From assembly GCA_964349485.1 (NCBI GenBank), contig CAYGGE010000002.1, positions 5,737-69,736 on the forward strand: a stretch of DNA of 64,000 nucleotides. Direction: 5' to 3'. Below are positions 7,466 to 17,069 of the stretch, piece by piece; position 1 is the first letter of the stretch; every line of letters starts with the position of its first letter. The position numbers and the translations under genes were made by a program. Source of the stretch: an uncultured Candidatus Saccharibacteria bacterium (lineage in GTDB: Bacteria; Patescibacteriota; UBA1384; CAYGGE01). The notes beneath the pieces are model-generated. The model made no database searches, was not told the origin of the DNA, and was given only the letters and a program-made list of their open reading frames with translations.

Positions 7466-7888
7466 ATGTTTATTGGTGAGTATACAAACAAGATTGACGA
7501 CAAAGGACGCTTGGCAGTCCCAGTTAAATTTCGCAGTGAACTCGCCAGTGGCGCAGTCATCACTCGAGGCTTAGACGGCTGTCTTTTTGTATACACTTTG
7601 AGCGAATGGCGTAAATTAACTGACAGTTTAACAAACCTATCATTGACTGCCGCCAATGCACGAGCCTTAAACCGACACATGTTAGCTGGAGCAATGGAGG
7701 TAACGCTCGATAAACAGGGTCGGGTTATCCTTCCGGGTAGTCTTCGTAAATCAGCTGGCATCGCAACCCAAGTAGTCGTTGCAGGTGTCATGAACCGTCT
7801 CGAGATCTGGGATGAGACGAAATGGCGAGAGTACCTAGAGAAAACAGAAGCCGAAAGTACACAAATCGCTGAACAAATTGTATTCTAG
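7466..7888 (+). CDS. mraZ: Transcriptional regulator MraZ
   Basis: MFIGEYTNKIDDKGRLAVP... The MraZ fold is duplicated. It is the first gene of the dcw cluster. Confidence 0.9.
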   Translation: MFIGEYTNKIDDKGRLAVPVKFRSELASGAVITRGLDGCLFVYTLSEWRKLTDSLTNLSLTAANARALNRHMLAGAMEVTLDKQGRVILPGSLRKSAGIATQVVVAGVMNRLEIWDETKWREYLEKTEAESTQIAEQIVF

Positions 7889-7966
7889 TTGTCCGTGGAA
7901 GTGGGGTTACTGGGGGTGAGGAGAGCTCCAGTAACCCGTCTTCTCCGGATAAAGGGAGAGAGTCTG

Positions 7967-8815
7967 ATGCACATACCTGTATTACTCAATGAAACTCTCA
8001 CAACTCTTTCACTGAAACCAGGAGATACCGTCATCGATTGTACACTCGGTGGCGGCGGCCACACCCAAGCCATGCTTCGGGTGATAGGTTCAGGCGGCCG
8101 TTTATTGGGCCTAGACATGGACGAGCGTACCTTAAATCAAACCGCAAAACGATTAGCGGGCTATCCAAATGTGAAATTAGTCGCTACACGCTTCGATCGA
8201 TTAGAAGAAGTTGCTAATGAACAGGGTTTCAGCCAAGTCGAGGCGATCCTCTTTGATCTCGGCATGTCGAGCATCCAGCTGGACGACAATGACCGGGGGA
8301 TAAGTTTTCAAGTCGATGCGCCACTGGATATGAGATTTGACCAGAGCGATACGTTGACTGGCGCAGAGATTATCAGAAGGTGGAGCGAATCTGAGCTTGC
8401 CGAGATCTTCTTCCGCTACGGTGATCTCTATGATGCTAAACGCTTTGCCCGAACAATAGTCGAGGCAAGACGTCAGCAACCGATTGAGACCACATGGCAA
8501 CTTGTTAACACGCTTGGACTAAAAAATCCTGGCGTTAAAGCCAAGCTGTTCCAAGCCTTACGGATTGCCACGAATGATGAGATGACGAGTCTCGAACAGG
8601 CGATTCCCCAGGCGGTCAGTTTGCTCAAGCCCGGTGGGCGAGTAGCGATCATCACTTTCCATTCACTGGAAGATCGGATCGTTAAACATCAGTTTCGTGA
8701 TAATCATCTGCTCAAGCTAGTTACCAAGAAACCGATCGTTCCGAGCCAAGAGGAGATTAAACAGAATACAAGAAGTCGCAGTGCGAAACTACGAGTCGCG
8801 CTGAAGGTTACCTAG
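7967..8815 (+). CDS. rsmH: 16S rRNA (cytosine1402-N4)-methyltransferase RsmH (MraW)
   Basis: MHIPVLLNETL start with RBS AAGGGAGAG. The SAM-MTase motifs are conserved. The longer upstream extension in the ORF track is unlikely to be real. Confidence 0.85.
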   Translation: MHIPVLLNETLTTLSLKPGDTVIDCTLGGGGHTQAMLRVIGSGGRLLGLDMDERTLNQTAKRLAGYPNVKLVATRFDRLEEVANEQGFSQVEAILFDLGMSSIQLDDNDRGISFQVDAPLDMRFDQSDTLTGAEIIRRWSESELAEIFFRYGDLYDAKRFARTIVEARRQQPIETTWQLVNTLGLKNPGVKAKLFQALRIATNDEMTSLEQAIPQAVSLLKPGGRVAIITFHSLEDRIVKHQFRDNHLLKLVTKKPIVPSQEEIKQNTRSRSAKLRVALKVT

Positions 8816-8865
8816 TTGTCTGGTTGTCTAGTTATAGATGGAACTAGACGATGAGACTACTAGTG
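8812..8865 (+). repeat. Copy of the CTAG-containing intergenic motif (CTAGTTGTCTGGTTGTCTAGTT ... GGAACTAGACGATGAGACTACTAG)
   Basis: Read directly from the sequence. It overlaps the rsmH stop codon. Confidence 0.4.
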
Positions 8866-8887
8866 AACGCCCCAAAGGAGAGATAAC

Positions 8888-9292
8888 ATGCTTATGACCA
8901 ATGGAACGATTATCACACCCGGTACCAGACGAAGAACCATTAATCGTCAGGTTAGTCTGGGACCGATATCGATGCGTATAGTGACGATTGTAATAATTGC
9001 CGCATCGGCGATCATTACCATCGCACAGACCACAAAGACGGCCACGGCTAGCTACTTGTTACGCAGTAAGAACAGTGAGCTGGCTGATGTTCGAGAAAAT
9101 GTGAAACGTCTTGAAACAGAAGAAGTTCGCCTGCGAGCCCTTAACCTCAATAATCTGGTAACTCAAGGCGGCGAACCAACGGTTGCACCTTCACCGACCG
9201 AAAAATTGAGCCCATCAGATAAGATCAACCAGCTACCATCGAGCGCCAATCAAAATATTAGTCAGTTGCCACAATCCTCAGTACTCCCCTAA
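8888..9292 (+). CDS. ftsL: FtsL-like cell division protein (single TM plus coiled coil)
   Basis: Its position between rsmH and ftsI. A TM segment IVTIVIIAASAIITIA followed by a heptad-like region. Good RBS. Confidence 0.5.
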   Translation: MLMTNGTIITPGTRRRTINRQVSLGPISMRIVTIVIIAASAIITIAQTTKTATASYLLRSKNSELADVRENVKRLETEEVRLRALNLNNLVTQGGEPTVAPSPTEKLSPSDKINQLPSSANQNISQLPQSSVLP

Positions 9293-9306
9293 AAGAAGGC
9301 AACATT

Positions 9307-11031
9307 ATGAAACGTACGACAAGTGGACTCTCTGGTGCTCGCCTGGTTGTCTTGCAGGTAGCGACGGTCGTAATCACGTTCATCGTGATCGGCCGTCTTT
9401 TTGATCTATCGATAATCCGACATGCCAATGCTTTAATTACGGCAAAAAATCAATACGGGATCACCCAGACACTGCCTGCGACTAGAGGAATCATCGGTCT
9501 GCGCGACTTAAATGGGGGCAAGGACTATCCGGTCGCGATGAACGTTATCTCTTATCAGGTAGTGGCTGACCCGTTTCTGATTAAGGATCCACTGAAGGTC
9601 GCAGCTGTATTAGAGCCGGTGATCGGCATCTCGGTTAGTGATCTTCTGCCCAAACTATCTGATAAAAAGAAACGTTTCGTCATACTCAAAAAAAAGCTGG
9701 TAAAAGAAGACTCGAAAAAAGTTGATGACTTGAATCTACGAGGTATTAGTCTACAGCCAGTTGAGTCTCGACTATACCCAGAACTAACCTTAGCGGCTCA
9801 CACAATTGGTTTTGTCGATGCCAGTGGTGTAGGACGCTATGGGATTGAGAGTTTTTTTAACGAAGATCTGACAGGTTATGATGGCGAATTGGTCGGGGAG
9901 AAAGATGCCAAACGACGCATTATCAGTGAGGGTAAGTCAGCTAAGCCACGTGACGGTACAGTTATTACCTTGACTATCGATCGGAGTCTTCAGTTTATAG
10001 TTGAAAATCAATTACGCGAATCGCTTAAAAAATATGAAGCGGAGGGTGGTTCGGTGGTGATCATGGATGTTAAAACTGGCGCCATACTCGCACTGGCAAA
10101 CGAGCCGGGGTACGATCTGAACACGTTTAACGAGGTTCCTGCTGACCAACAAGAGCGCTTTATCAACCAAGCAGTCAGTGGAACATGGGAGCCGGGCTCA
10201 ATTTTCAAGACATTTACCCTGGCCGCCGCAATTGATCTCGGTCTGATTCAGCCTGACACCAAGGCTGATCTAGGTTGTAGCGCTAAAGTTGATGGCTTTG
10301 AGATACGTAACTCTCAAGACAAGTGTTATCCAACGCCAGACGTTACTCAAATCTTATCTGATTCGATTAACTTGGGAACGATATGGGCGGCCGATAAAAT
10401 AGGTAACCAGGACTTTGGTAAGTACATTTCAGACTTTGGCTTCGGCAGTAAGACGGGCATTGAACTACAGCCTGAGTCGACTGGTAAGGTAAGCGATAGT
10501 AACAAGTGGAAAAATGTTAATCGGGCGACCATCTCATTCGGCCAAGGCTTATCGGCTTCACCACTGCAAATAGTCGCCGCATATGCCTCAATAGGCAACG
10601 GTGGAAAGCTAATGCATCCTTATCTTGTCGCGAAGCGGGTAGACAGTAATGGCAAGGTCGTCGAGACAAAACCTCGCGAAGTTCGACAAGTTATTAAACC
10701 TGAAACAGCCGCCATGATGACCACCATGCTTGAGAAAGTGGTCACCGAGGGTCATGGCAAACGGGCTGCAGTTCGTGGTTATCGAATCGGTGGTAAAACG
10801 GGGACGGCTCAAGTAGTGGGAAAAGATGGCACTTACGAAGAAGATGCCCACATTGGCTCATTTGCTGGGATTTTCCCTGCTAATGAACCGCGCTTCGCGA
10901 TGATCGTAAAGCTTGATCGACCGAAGGCTGTCGAGTTTGCCGAGAGTTCCGCCGCACCAACCTTCAGTGAGATCGCCAAGTGGTTATTGCATTATGCCAA
11001 GGTGCCACCGACTGAAGTTGTATCACCATAA
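9307..11031 (+). CDS. ftsI: Penicillin-binding protein transpeptidase FtsI (PBP2/3 class)
   Basis: SIFK (SxxK), SDS and KTGTA motifs. N-terminal TM. Confidence 0.85.
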   Translation: MKRTTSGLSGARLVVLQVATVVITFIVIGRLFDLSIIRHANALITAKNQYGITQTLPATRGIIGLRDLNGGKDYPVAMNVISYQVVADPFLIKDPLKVAAVLEPVIGISVSDLLPKLSDKKKRFVILKKKLVKEDSKKVDDLNLRGISLQPVESRLYPELTLAAHTIGFVDASGVGRYGIESFFNEDLTGYDGELVGEKDAKRRIISEGKSAKPRDGTVITLTIDRSLQFIVENQLRESLKKYEAEGGSVVIMDVKTGAILALANEPGYDLNTFNEVPADQQERFINQAVSGTWEPGSIFKTFTLAAAIDLGLIQPDTKADLGCSAKVDGFEIRNSQDKCYPTPDVTQILSDSINLGTIWAADKIGNQDFGKYISDFGFGSKTGIELQPESTGKVSDSNKWKNVNRATISFGQGLSASPLQIVAAYASIGNGGKLMHPYLVAKRVDSNGKVVETKPREVRQVIKPETAAMMTTMLEKVVTEGHGKRAAVRGYRIGGKTGTAQVVGKDGTYEEDAHIGSFAGIFPANEPRFAMIVKLDRPKAVEFAESSAAPTFSEIAKWLLHYAKVPPTEVVSP

Positions 11032-11096
11032 TCAGAGCCAAACATATAACGCGCCAAGACTTTACTGACCCACTAAACTAACCTATACTAAACCCT

Positions 11097-12125
11097 ATGG
11101 AAGCAATCTTACTTGATACCAATGCCCTAACGCGCATCTTCGGTCTGACGGTTTTGTCATTTGTAACGTCCATGCTGATCACGCCGGCGTTTACTACCTT
11201 TCTATATAAAAACCGCTTAGGCAAGAAAATCCGCCAAACGGATTTTAATGAAAAAGCGGCGCCAATCTTCTATAAACTGCATAAGCACAAAACCAATACA
11301 CCGACGATGGGTGGATTGTTGATCTGGGGAGTCGCAGCTGTACTGACGATTATCTTTAACCTGTCGCGTCAGGCGACTTGGCTTCCTCTATTTGTCTTAG
11401 TGATGAGTGGGGTGATCGGTGCGATTGACGACCTCTACAATATTAACGGAATCGGACCAAATAATGGTGGACTTCGATTTCGACACAAATTACTGATCTA
11501 TCTGGTCATTGCGGTGATCGGTGCTTTATACTTTGCCTTCAAATTAGAATGGATATATCGCGGGATCCATATTCCTGGAGTAGGCGATATTGCTCTTGGC
11601 TATTGGTACGTCCCACTCTTTATCACGGTCTTAATCGGTACCAGTTTTGCGGTCAACCAAACAGATGGACTCGATGGCTTAGCCGGCGGATTACTGGTTA
11701 TGGCATTTATGGCTATGGGTGGTATTGCTTTCTTCCAGGGACAGTTTGGTCTGTCTGCTTTCGCCGGCACACTAGTCGGAGCGATCCTGGCGTTTCTCTG
11801 GTTCAATGTCCATCCGGCGCGCTTTTTTATGGGCGATACGGGTTCAATGGCTTTAGGCATGACCCTAGCCGTCATCGCCTTCCTGACGAACACCGTCTTC
11901 ATCTTACCAATCATCGGTTTCGTCTTTGTTATTGAGGCATTATCGACCATCATCCAGATCTTCTCTAAGAAATTCTTGAAGAAAAAAGTCTTTCTTTCCG
12001 CACCAATACATCACCATTTAGAAGCGATTGGCTGGACTGAGACACGAATAGTGGAACGGGCCTGGATTATCGGGGCAGTTCTTGCAGTTTTTGGTCTAGT
12101 CTTGGCCCTAGTGGGTCGAGGCTAG
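11097..12125 (+). CDS. mraY: Phospho-N-acetylmuramoyl-pentapeptide transferase MraY
   Basis: Polytopic membrane protein with DDxxN and NQTDGLDGLAGG motifs of GT family 4. dcw context. Confidence 0.85.
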   Translation: MEAILLDTNALTRIFGLTVLSFVTSMLITPAFTTFLYKNRLGKKIRQTDFNEKAAPIFYKLHKHKTNTPTMGGLLIWGVAAVLTIIFNLSRQATWLPLFVLVMSGVIGAIDDLYNINGIGPNNGGLRFRHKLLIYLVIAVIGALYFAFKLEWIYRGIHIPGVGDIALGYWYVPLFITVLIGTSFAVNQTDGLDGLAGGLLVMAFMAMGGIAFFQGQFGLSAFAGTLVGAILAFLWFNVHPARFFMGDTGSMALGMTLAVIAFLTNTVFILPIIGFVFVIEALSTIIQIFSKKFLKKKVFLSAPIHHHLEAIGWTETRIVERAWIIGAVLAVFGLVLALVGRG

Positions 12126-12184
12126 TCTCTCATTAATTTATCTTTTAGGACAATGATTGGTAGTCAATAGTAAGAATATGCTTA

Positions 12185-12213
12185 TTGACAAGTAGCTTGC
12201 AATAGTGTATTAT
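12185..12213 (+). promoter_or_regulatory. Sigma70 promoter TTGACA-N17-TATTAT with an extended -10 TG
   Basis: Read directly from the sequence. Confidence 0.55.
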
Positions 12214-12236
12214 GGATACAAGAGCAATTGAAGATC

Positions 12237-12266
12237 CCGTTCGCGACCAAGCGACGGGTTTTTTGT
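12237..12266 (+). terminator. Hairpin CCCGTTCGC...GCGACGGG plus TTTTTTGTT about 25 nt after the promoter (attenuator or terminator)
   Basis: Read directly from the sequence. Confidence 0.45.
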
Positions 12267-12379
12267 TACGTAACCTGACCGCAATGGACCTTAACAACTC
12301 GTAACCAGTAATAGCATTTATATTCAATGCCATATCTCAACTGTGGCACTGTTATTCAATCAGCAACTAAGGAGATATC

Positions 12380-12556
12380 ATGAGTAAATTAACTACTGAA
12401 CCAGTGATCGATACCTGTGAGACCTGTCAAAATTGGGGAGCCAATCAGTCTAAGAAACATGACGACAAATCTCACCCAGTGGTCGTCATAGATGAAAATA
12501 AGGAGCCAAGCGATGAGCAAGTTGTTCCAGTATATATCGAGAAAGCTTCGGTTTAA
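12380..12556 (+). CDS. Small CxxC protein (58 aa), not in the ORF track
   Basis: Strong RBS TAAGGAGATATC-ATG. MSKLTTEPVIDTCETCQNWG... A terminator follows. Confidence 0.5.
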   Translation: MSKLTTEPVIDTCETCQNWGANQSKKHDDKSHPVVVIDENKEPSDEQVVPVYIEKASV

Positions 12557-12606
12557 AAATCTGCATCTTACTGTCATCGAGGACCGAATGCGACTTACTT
12601 AAGGCA

Positions 12607-12634
12607 AAAAGACCCATTGCGGGTCTTTTTGTTT
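12607..12634 (+). terminator. Intrinsic terminator AAGACCC-ATTGC-GGGTCTTTTTGTTT
   Basis: Read directly from the sequence. Confidence 0.6.
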
Positions 12635-12660
12635 ACCTGTAATCAAGGTATAGTACGACT

Positions 12661-13446
12661 ATGATCCAATCCAAATTATTGCTTCAGTTTCCTGAGCTTG
12701 TACATGGTTATTCCGACCGATTAGATGGCGATATGGGAGCAAAGCGATTAGCTGGTGAAACCTATGGTGCAAACGAACAAGCGAAGTGGCTGGCTAATCG
12801 ACAGCGCATCTTTGATCGGCTGGGTATTCCAACGAGTCAAGTGATATTAGCCAGGCAGACCCATAGTGCCACCGTGGAGTCGCTCAATCTAACACATATG
12901 GGTAAGGCACATGATAATCTAGCCACTTTTGCCTCGGCCGATAGCTTCATCCTGACCGATCCCGATATCTTTGCCACTGTTTTTACTGCCGATTGCCTAC
13001 CTATCTTTTGTTACGAGCCGAAAAAACGTATCGTCGCGGCAATGCATGCCGGGTGGCGGGGGATTGCCTCGGGGATAATCAAGACATCTATTATGCAGAT
13101 CAGATCATCGGGTGGCATGATAGAAGACTTACGTGTCTGGATTGGGCCCCATATCAAGGTCTGTCACTACGATGCCGATCCAACAGTCGACAGTTTTGTC
13201 GAAAAACAGAAGGCATTTCAAAATGCGCCCGGGATTCTTATCGAGAAGGGTAATAAGAAAATGATTGATCTAACTGCCCTTGCTGTGAGACAATTAACTG
13301 AAGCTAGTGTATTTGATCAACATCTTGAGATTGGCGATTGCACTGTTTGCGAAAGAGAAAAATATTACTCCTATCATGCGGTCCACGGTAAGAACATTGG
13401 TCGGATGATGGGGGTTATTGGCGTGAGGAACTCCGATGGATCTTGA
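12661..13446 (+). CDS. pgeF: YfiH/PgeF family (DUF152) purine nucleoside phosphorylase/peptidoglycan editing factor
   Basis: QTHSATV, TADCLPIF, HAGWRG and CHYD motifs. Confidence 0.75.
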   Translation: MIQSKLLLQFPELVHGYSDRLDGDMGAKRLAGETYGANEQAKWLANRQRIFDRLGIPTSQVILARQTHSATVESLNLTHMGKAHDNLATFASADSFILTDPDIFATVFTADCLPIFCYEPKKRIVAAMHAGWRGIASGIIKTSIMQIRSSGGMIEDLRVWIGPHIKVCHYDADPTVDSFVEKQKAFQNAPGILIEKGNKKMIDLTALAVRQLTEASVFDQHLEIGDCTVCEREKYYSYHAVHGKNIGRMMGVIGVRNSDGS

Positions 13447-14809
13447 AGGGAAAAAAGTTGCAGTGATCGGTTACGGTGTGAACAATGCCGAATTGCCACA
13501 ATATTTGAAAAATCAAGGCGCTATCGTCACGATCTGCGACGAAAATGAACTATTAGCTACCGATGACCCAGAACTGTCGTATCAATTGGGTAGTGATTAT
13601 CTAAACAATCTCGAGCGGTTTGAGATGATTTTTCGGACTCCTGGCCTTTCGTACTACACTAAAGAACTGCAAGTCGCAAAGCAGGCAGGATCAACACTTT
13701 CCAGCCAAACAGATCTCTTTATCCGGCATTTTCCGGGAAAAGTTATCGGCGTGACAGGAACCAAGGGTAAAGGGACAACGGCCAGTCTAATTTACGCTAT
13801 TTTGCTCGAGGCAAAACAGCAAGGTGAACTTGATGGATCGATCTATCTTGCTGGCAATATTGGCACCTCCCCTCTTCAATTTCTTGATGCGGCCGGAGCC
13901 CAGGATTGGGCAGTGCTTGAGCTATCTAGTTTCCAGCTCCAAGGACTCGAAATCAGTCCACAGATAGCCGTGATACTTGACGTCACTGTCGATCATCTTG
14001 ACTATCATCGTGACGAAGCCGAGTATCTATCCGCCAAGAAGAATATCGTCCGGTATCAAAAACCTGAAGATGCTGTGGTACTCAATATCGACTCATTGAC
14101 CAGCATACTATTTGCTGAGGAGACACCGGCTGTGACTTACTTTTTTTCGCGAAGAAAAACGGTTGATCAAGGGACTTTTGTTAACATGCAGTCAGGTCAA
14201 ATTGTACTCCGACTTCCCGAACGTGAGGATTCAACAATTTGCGAGACTAAGGACGTACAACTAGTCGGGGAGTACAATCTTAGCAATATCACTGCGGCAG
14301 TCACTGCCGGTGCACTTGCTGGGGCGAGTAACAAGAGTGTTCGTACGGCAATTACCTCGTTTCATGGGCTACCACACCGTTTGGAGCTCATCGCCACAAA
14401 ATCGGGGATTCGTTATTACGATGATTCATTCGCAACCACACCTGATGCGGCAATCGGTGCGATTGCCGCGTTCTCCGAGCCAATTACCCTGATTGCCGGG
14501 GGATCGTGGAAAGGTGTTGACTATAGCGAGCTAATAGAGACGATTAACACTAGTACAGTTACGACCGTAATATGTCTAGGGCCAGAAGGTCAGCGAATCA
14601 AGAAAATGCTTGATGAGCTGGGTTCTACTATACAGGCTGTCACCGTTGCAGGCACAATGGCGGACATTGTTTCTGTAGCCCGTAGTGTTACAAGCCCGAG
14701 AGGAATTGTATTGCTCTCACCGGCTGCTGCCAGTTTCGACATGTTTAGAAACGCCACTGATCGGGGAGATCAGTTTAAGCAAGCCGTTTTGGCTTTACCA
14801 AACGATTAA
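13436..14809 (+). CDS. murD: UDP-N-acetylmuramoylalanine--D-glutamate ligase MurD
   Basis: KVAVIGYGVNNA N-terminal fold. GVTGTKGKGTT P-loop. dcw order. Confidence 0.85.
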   Translation: MDLEGKKVAVIGYGVNNAELPQYLKNQGAIVTICDENELLATDDPELSYQLGSDYLNNLERFEMIFRTPGLSYYTKELQVAKQAGSTLSSQTDLFIRHFPGKVIGVTGTKGKGTTASLIYAILLEAKQQGELDGSIYLAGNIGTSPLQFLDAAGAQDWAVLELSSFQLQGLEISPQIAVILDVTVDHLDYHRDEAEYLSAKKNIVRYQKPEDAVVLNIDSLTSILFAEETPAVTYFFSRRKTVDQGTFVNMQSGQIVLRLPEREDSTICETKDVQLVGEYNLSNITAAVTAGALAGASNKSVRTAITSFHGLPHRLELIATKSGIRYYDDSFATTPDAAIGAIAAFSEPITLIAGGSWKGVDYSELIETINTSTVTTVICLGPEGQRIKKMLDELGSTIQAVTVAGTMADIVSVARSVTSPRGIVLLSPAAASFDMFRNATDRGDQFKQAVLALPND

Positions 14810-14828
14810 TATGTAGAGAGGTGAGCGC

Positions 14829-15944
14829 GTGCCCAAAGACCACAATAAAGGAACGGTCGATTATACCCTACTCCTCATTATCTTCACTTTAGTGGTGATC
14901 GGTTTATTGGCAGTCTCCTCAGCGTCAGTCGTGGTCTCTTTCGATCGATTTGGTCAAAACTTTTATTATTTACGTACCCAGCTTTTTGCAACCCTGTTGG
15001 GCCTGATCGCCATGGCGATCACTACGGCTATCGACTATCGCTATTGGCGTAAACTAGCTTATCCACTAATGCTTGTGACTATCGCCTTGCTTGTCCTCGT
15101 CCTGATCCCTGGTATCGGACGTGAACTAGGAGGGGCTAGGGCCTGGGTCTACATTGGTCCGATTAACTTTCAGCCCTCTGAAATTGTAAAATTGACCTTC
15201 CTTCTCTATTTTGCGGCTTGGCTAGAGCGTCAGGGTGAAGGAGTGCGAAGACTACATACTGGTTTTATCCCGTTTCTAACCATGCTTGGAGTGATTGCCC
15301 TCCTAGTCATGATGCAACCTGATCTAGGCACCCTGACGATCATTGTAGCCATCGCTGTCGCGATGTTTTTTACTGCCGGCGCGAGCTGGGTTCAGATGGG
15401 GGCAATCAGTGCTGGCGCGGTCGGCATTTTCATGCTATTGATCAAAGTTGCACCGTACCGACTCCAGCGTATAGCGACGTTTCTAGAGCCGACAAAGGAT
15501 TGTCTGGGGTCGGGCTATCAGATCTGCCAATCGTTGCTTGGCATCGGTAGCGGTGGGTGGTTCGGTCTAGGTTTCGGCCAGTCGAAGCAGAAGTTTCTCT
15601 ACTTACCGCAAGCTCACACTGACTCAATCTTTGTAATTCTAGTTGAGGAATTGGGTTTTCTGCGAACGACTTTGATTCTCGTCTTGTTTGGACTTGTCGG
15701 TTATCGTGGCTATAAAATTGCCGAGCATGCCCCGGATATGTTCGGTCGTTTGGTAGCGACGGGCATTACTAGTTGGCTAATCTTCCAGACGTTTGTCAAT
15801 ATTGGTGCCGCATTGAGTATCGTGCCATTAACCGGGATTACTCTGCCGTTCATATCCTACGGCGGCTCATCGATGATCCTAACTTTAGCGGCGAGTGGTA
15901 TATTATTAAACATTTCAAAGCAGATTAAGAGTGAGAACGCATGA
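14829..15944 (+). CDS. ftsW: SEDS-family peptidoglycan glycosyltransferase FtsW
   Basis: GTG start with RBS. Ten-TM SEDS protein. QPSEIVKL motif. Confidence 0.85.
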   Translation: MPKDHNKGTVDYTLLLIIFTLVVIGLLAVSSASVVVSFDRFGQNFYYLRTQLFATLLGLIAMAITTAIDYRYWRKLAYPLMLVTIALLVLVLIPGIGRELGGARAWVYIGPINFQPSEIVKLTFLLYFAAWLERQGEGVRRLHTGFIPFLTMLGVIALLVMMQPDLGTLTIIVAIAVAMFFTAGASWVQMGAISAGAVGIFMLLIKVAPYRLQRIATFLEPTKDCLGSGYQICQSLLGIGSGGWFGLGFGQSKQKFLYLPQAHTDSIFVILVEELGFLRTTLILVLFGLVGYRGYKIAEHAPDMFGRLVATGITSWLIFQTFVNIGAALSIVPLTGITLPFISYGGSSMILTLAASGILLNISKQIKSENA

Positions 15945-17056
15945 CAAAAAGACGTATAGTGATTGCTGGCGGTGGGACGGGCGGTCATATTACTCCAGCT
16001 CTTGCAGTTGCAGCCGAATTAAGTAATGAACAGACCGATATTAGTTTTATCGGTCAGGCTTCTGGTATGGAATCTGAGTTAGTTGCCAAAGCAGGCTACC
16101 CCTTCCACGGAATTAAGGCAGGTAAACTACGTCGATATTTTGATCTTGCCAATGTCACCGATCTTTTCAAGACGATTAGCGGTTTCTTTGCCTCATATAC
16201 GAAACTTAAAGAGCTTCGACCCAAGGTTATTTTCTCCAAGGGTGGTTACGTGGCTGTCCCTGTTGCCTATGCCGCCGCAATGCTCCATATTCCGGTCGTT
16301 ACTCACGAATCTGATGCGGTGATCGGTTTAGCTAATCGGTTGATCGCTAAAAAAGCCAGACTGATTTGTACTGGGTTTCCTAGTGTTAACTATCCAGAAT
16401 CACTTCGTAAAAAAATCGAATATACCGGTAATCCAGTCAGGGAAATTTTCGAGCGAAAAATACCCGCGAAAATTGCTCTCTGTGAGCATTACAAAATCGA
16501 CCCAAAATCACCTATAGTTTTAGTGATTGCCGGTAGCCAAGGATCTAGAGCAATAAACCAACTGATTTTCGATAGCCTAGAGAAGCTGCTGCCAACTATC
16601 TCAATTATACATATTACGGGCGTAAATCATCTGAGTGAAGCGAAGTCAGTACGTGCACTACTTCCAGAGGATCTGCGTAAGCGATACTATGTGCATGATT
16701 TCGTAGGTGACGAGCTTCCAGAGTACATGGCATTAGCTGATCTTGTCGTCAGTCGTGCTAGCGCGGCGGTAATTAGCGAACTAGCGATTATGAACAAGCC
16801 TACGATTCTTATCCCCCTACCAACTGCCGCCTCTGATCACCAACAGGTCAATGCCAAAATCTTAGCCAAGGCGAAAGCCGCACTCTTAGTTCCAGAGTAT
16901 GATTTGACGGCTTCGATCTTGCAAGAGAAGCTGATTGCTCTCATCACAGACAATACACAGCTTGAACAGCTCTCAAGGACAATTGGGGCGTTTGCGACTC
17001 CCGATGCATCAGTCAAAATTGCACGTCTGATCGAGCATGTGGCTAAAGAAAGTTAA
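15941..17056 (+). CDS. murG: UDP-GlcNAc--undecaprenyl-PP-MurNAc-pentapeptide GlcNAc transferase MurG
   Basis: IAGGGTGGHITPALAVAAEL. Confidence 0.9.
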   Translation: MTKRRIVIAGGGTGGHITPALAVAAELSNEQTDISFIGQASGMESELVAKAGYPFHGIKAGKLRRYFDLANVTDLFKTISGFFASYTKLKELRPKVIFSKGGYVAVPVAYAAAMLHIPVVTHESDAVIGLANRLIAKKARLICTGFPSVNYPESLRKKIEYTGNPVREIFERKIPAKIALCEHYKIDPKSPIVLVIAGSQGSRAINQLIFDSLEKLLPTISIIHITGVNHLSEAKSVRALLPEDLRKRYYVHDFVGDELPEYMALADLVVSRASAAVISELAIMNKPTILIPLPTAASDHQQVNAKILAKAKAALLVPEYDLTASILQEKLIALITDNTQLEQLSRTIGAFATPDASVKIARLIEHVAKES

Positions 17057-17069
17057 CGAAGAAGGTGAT

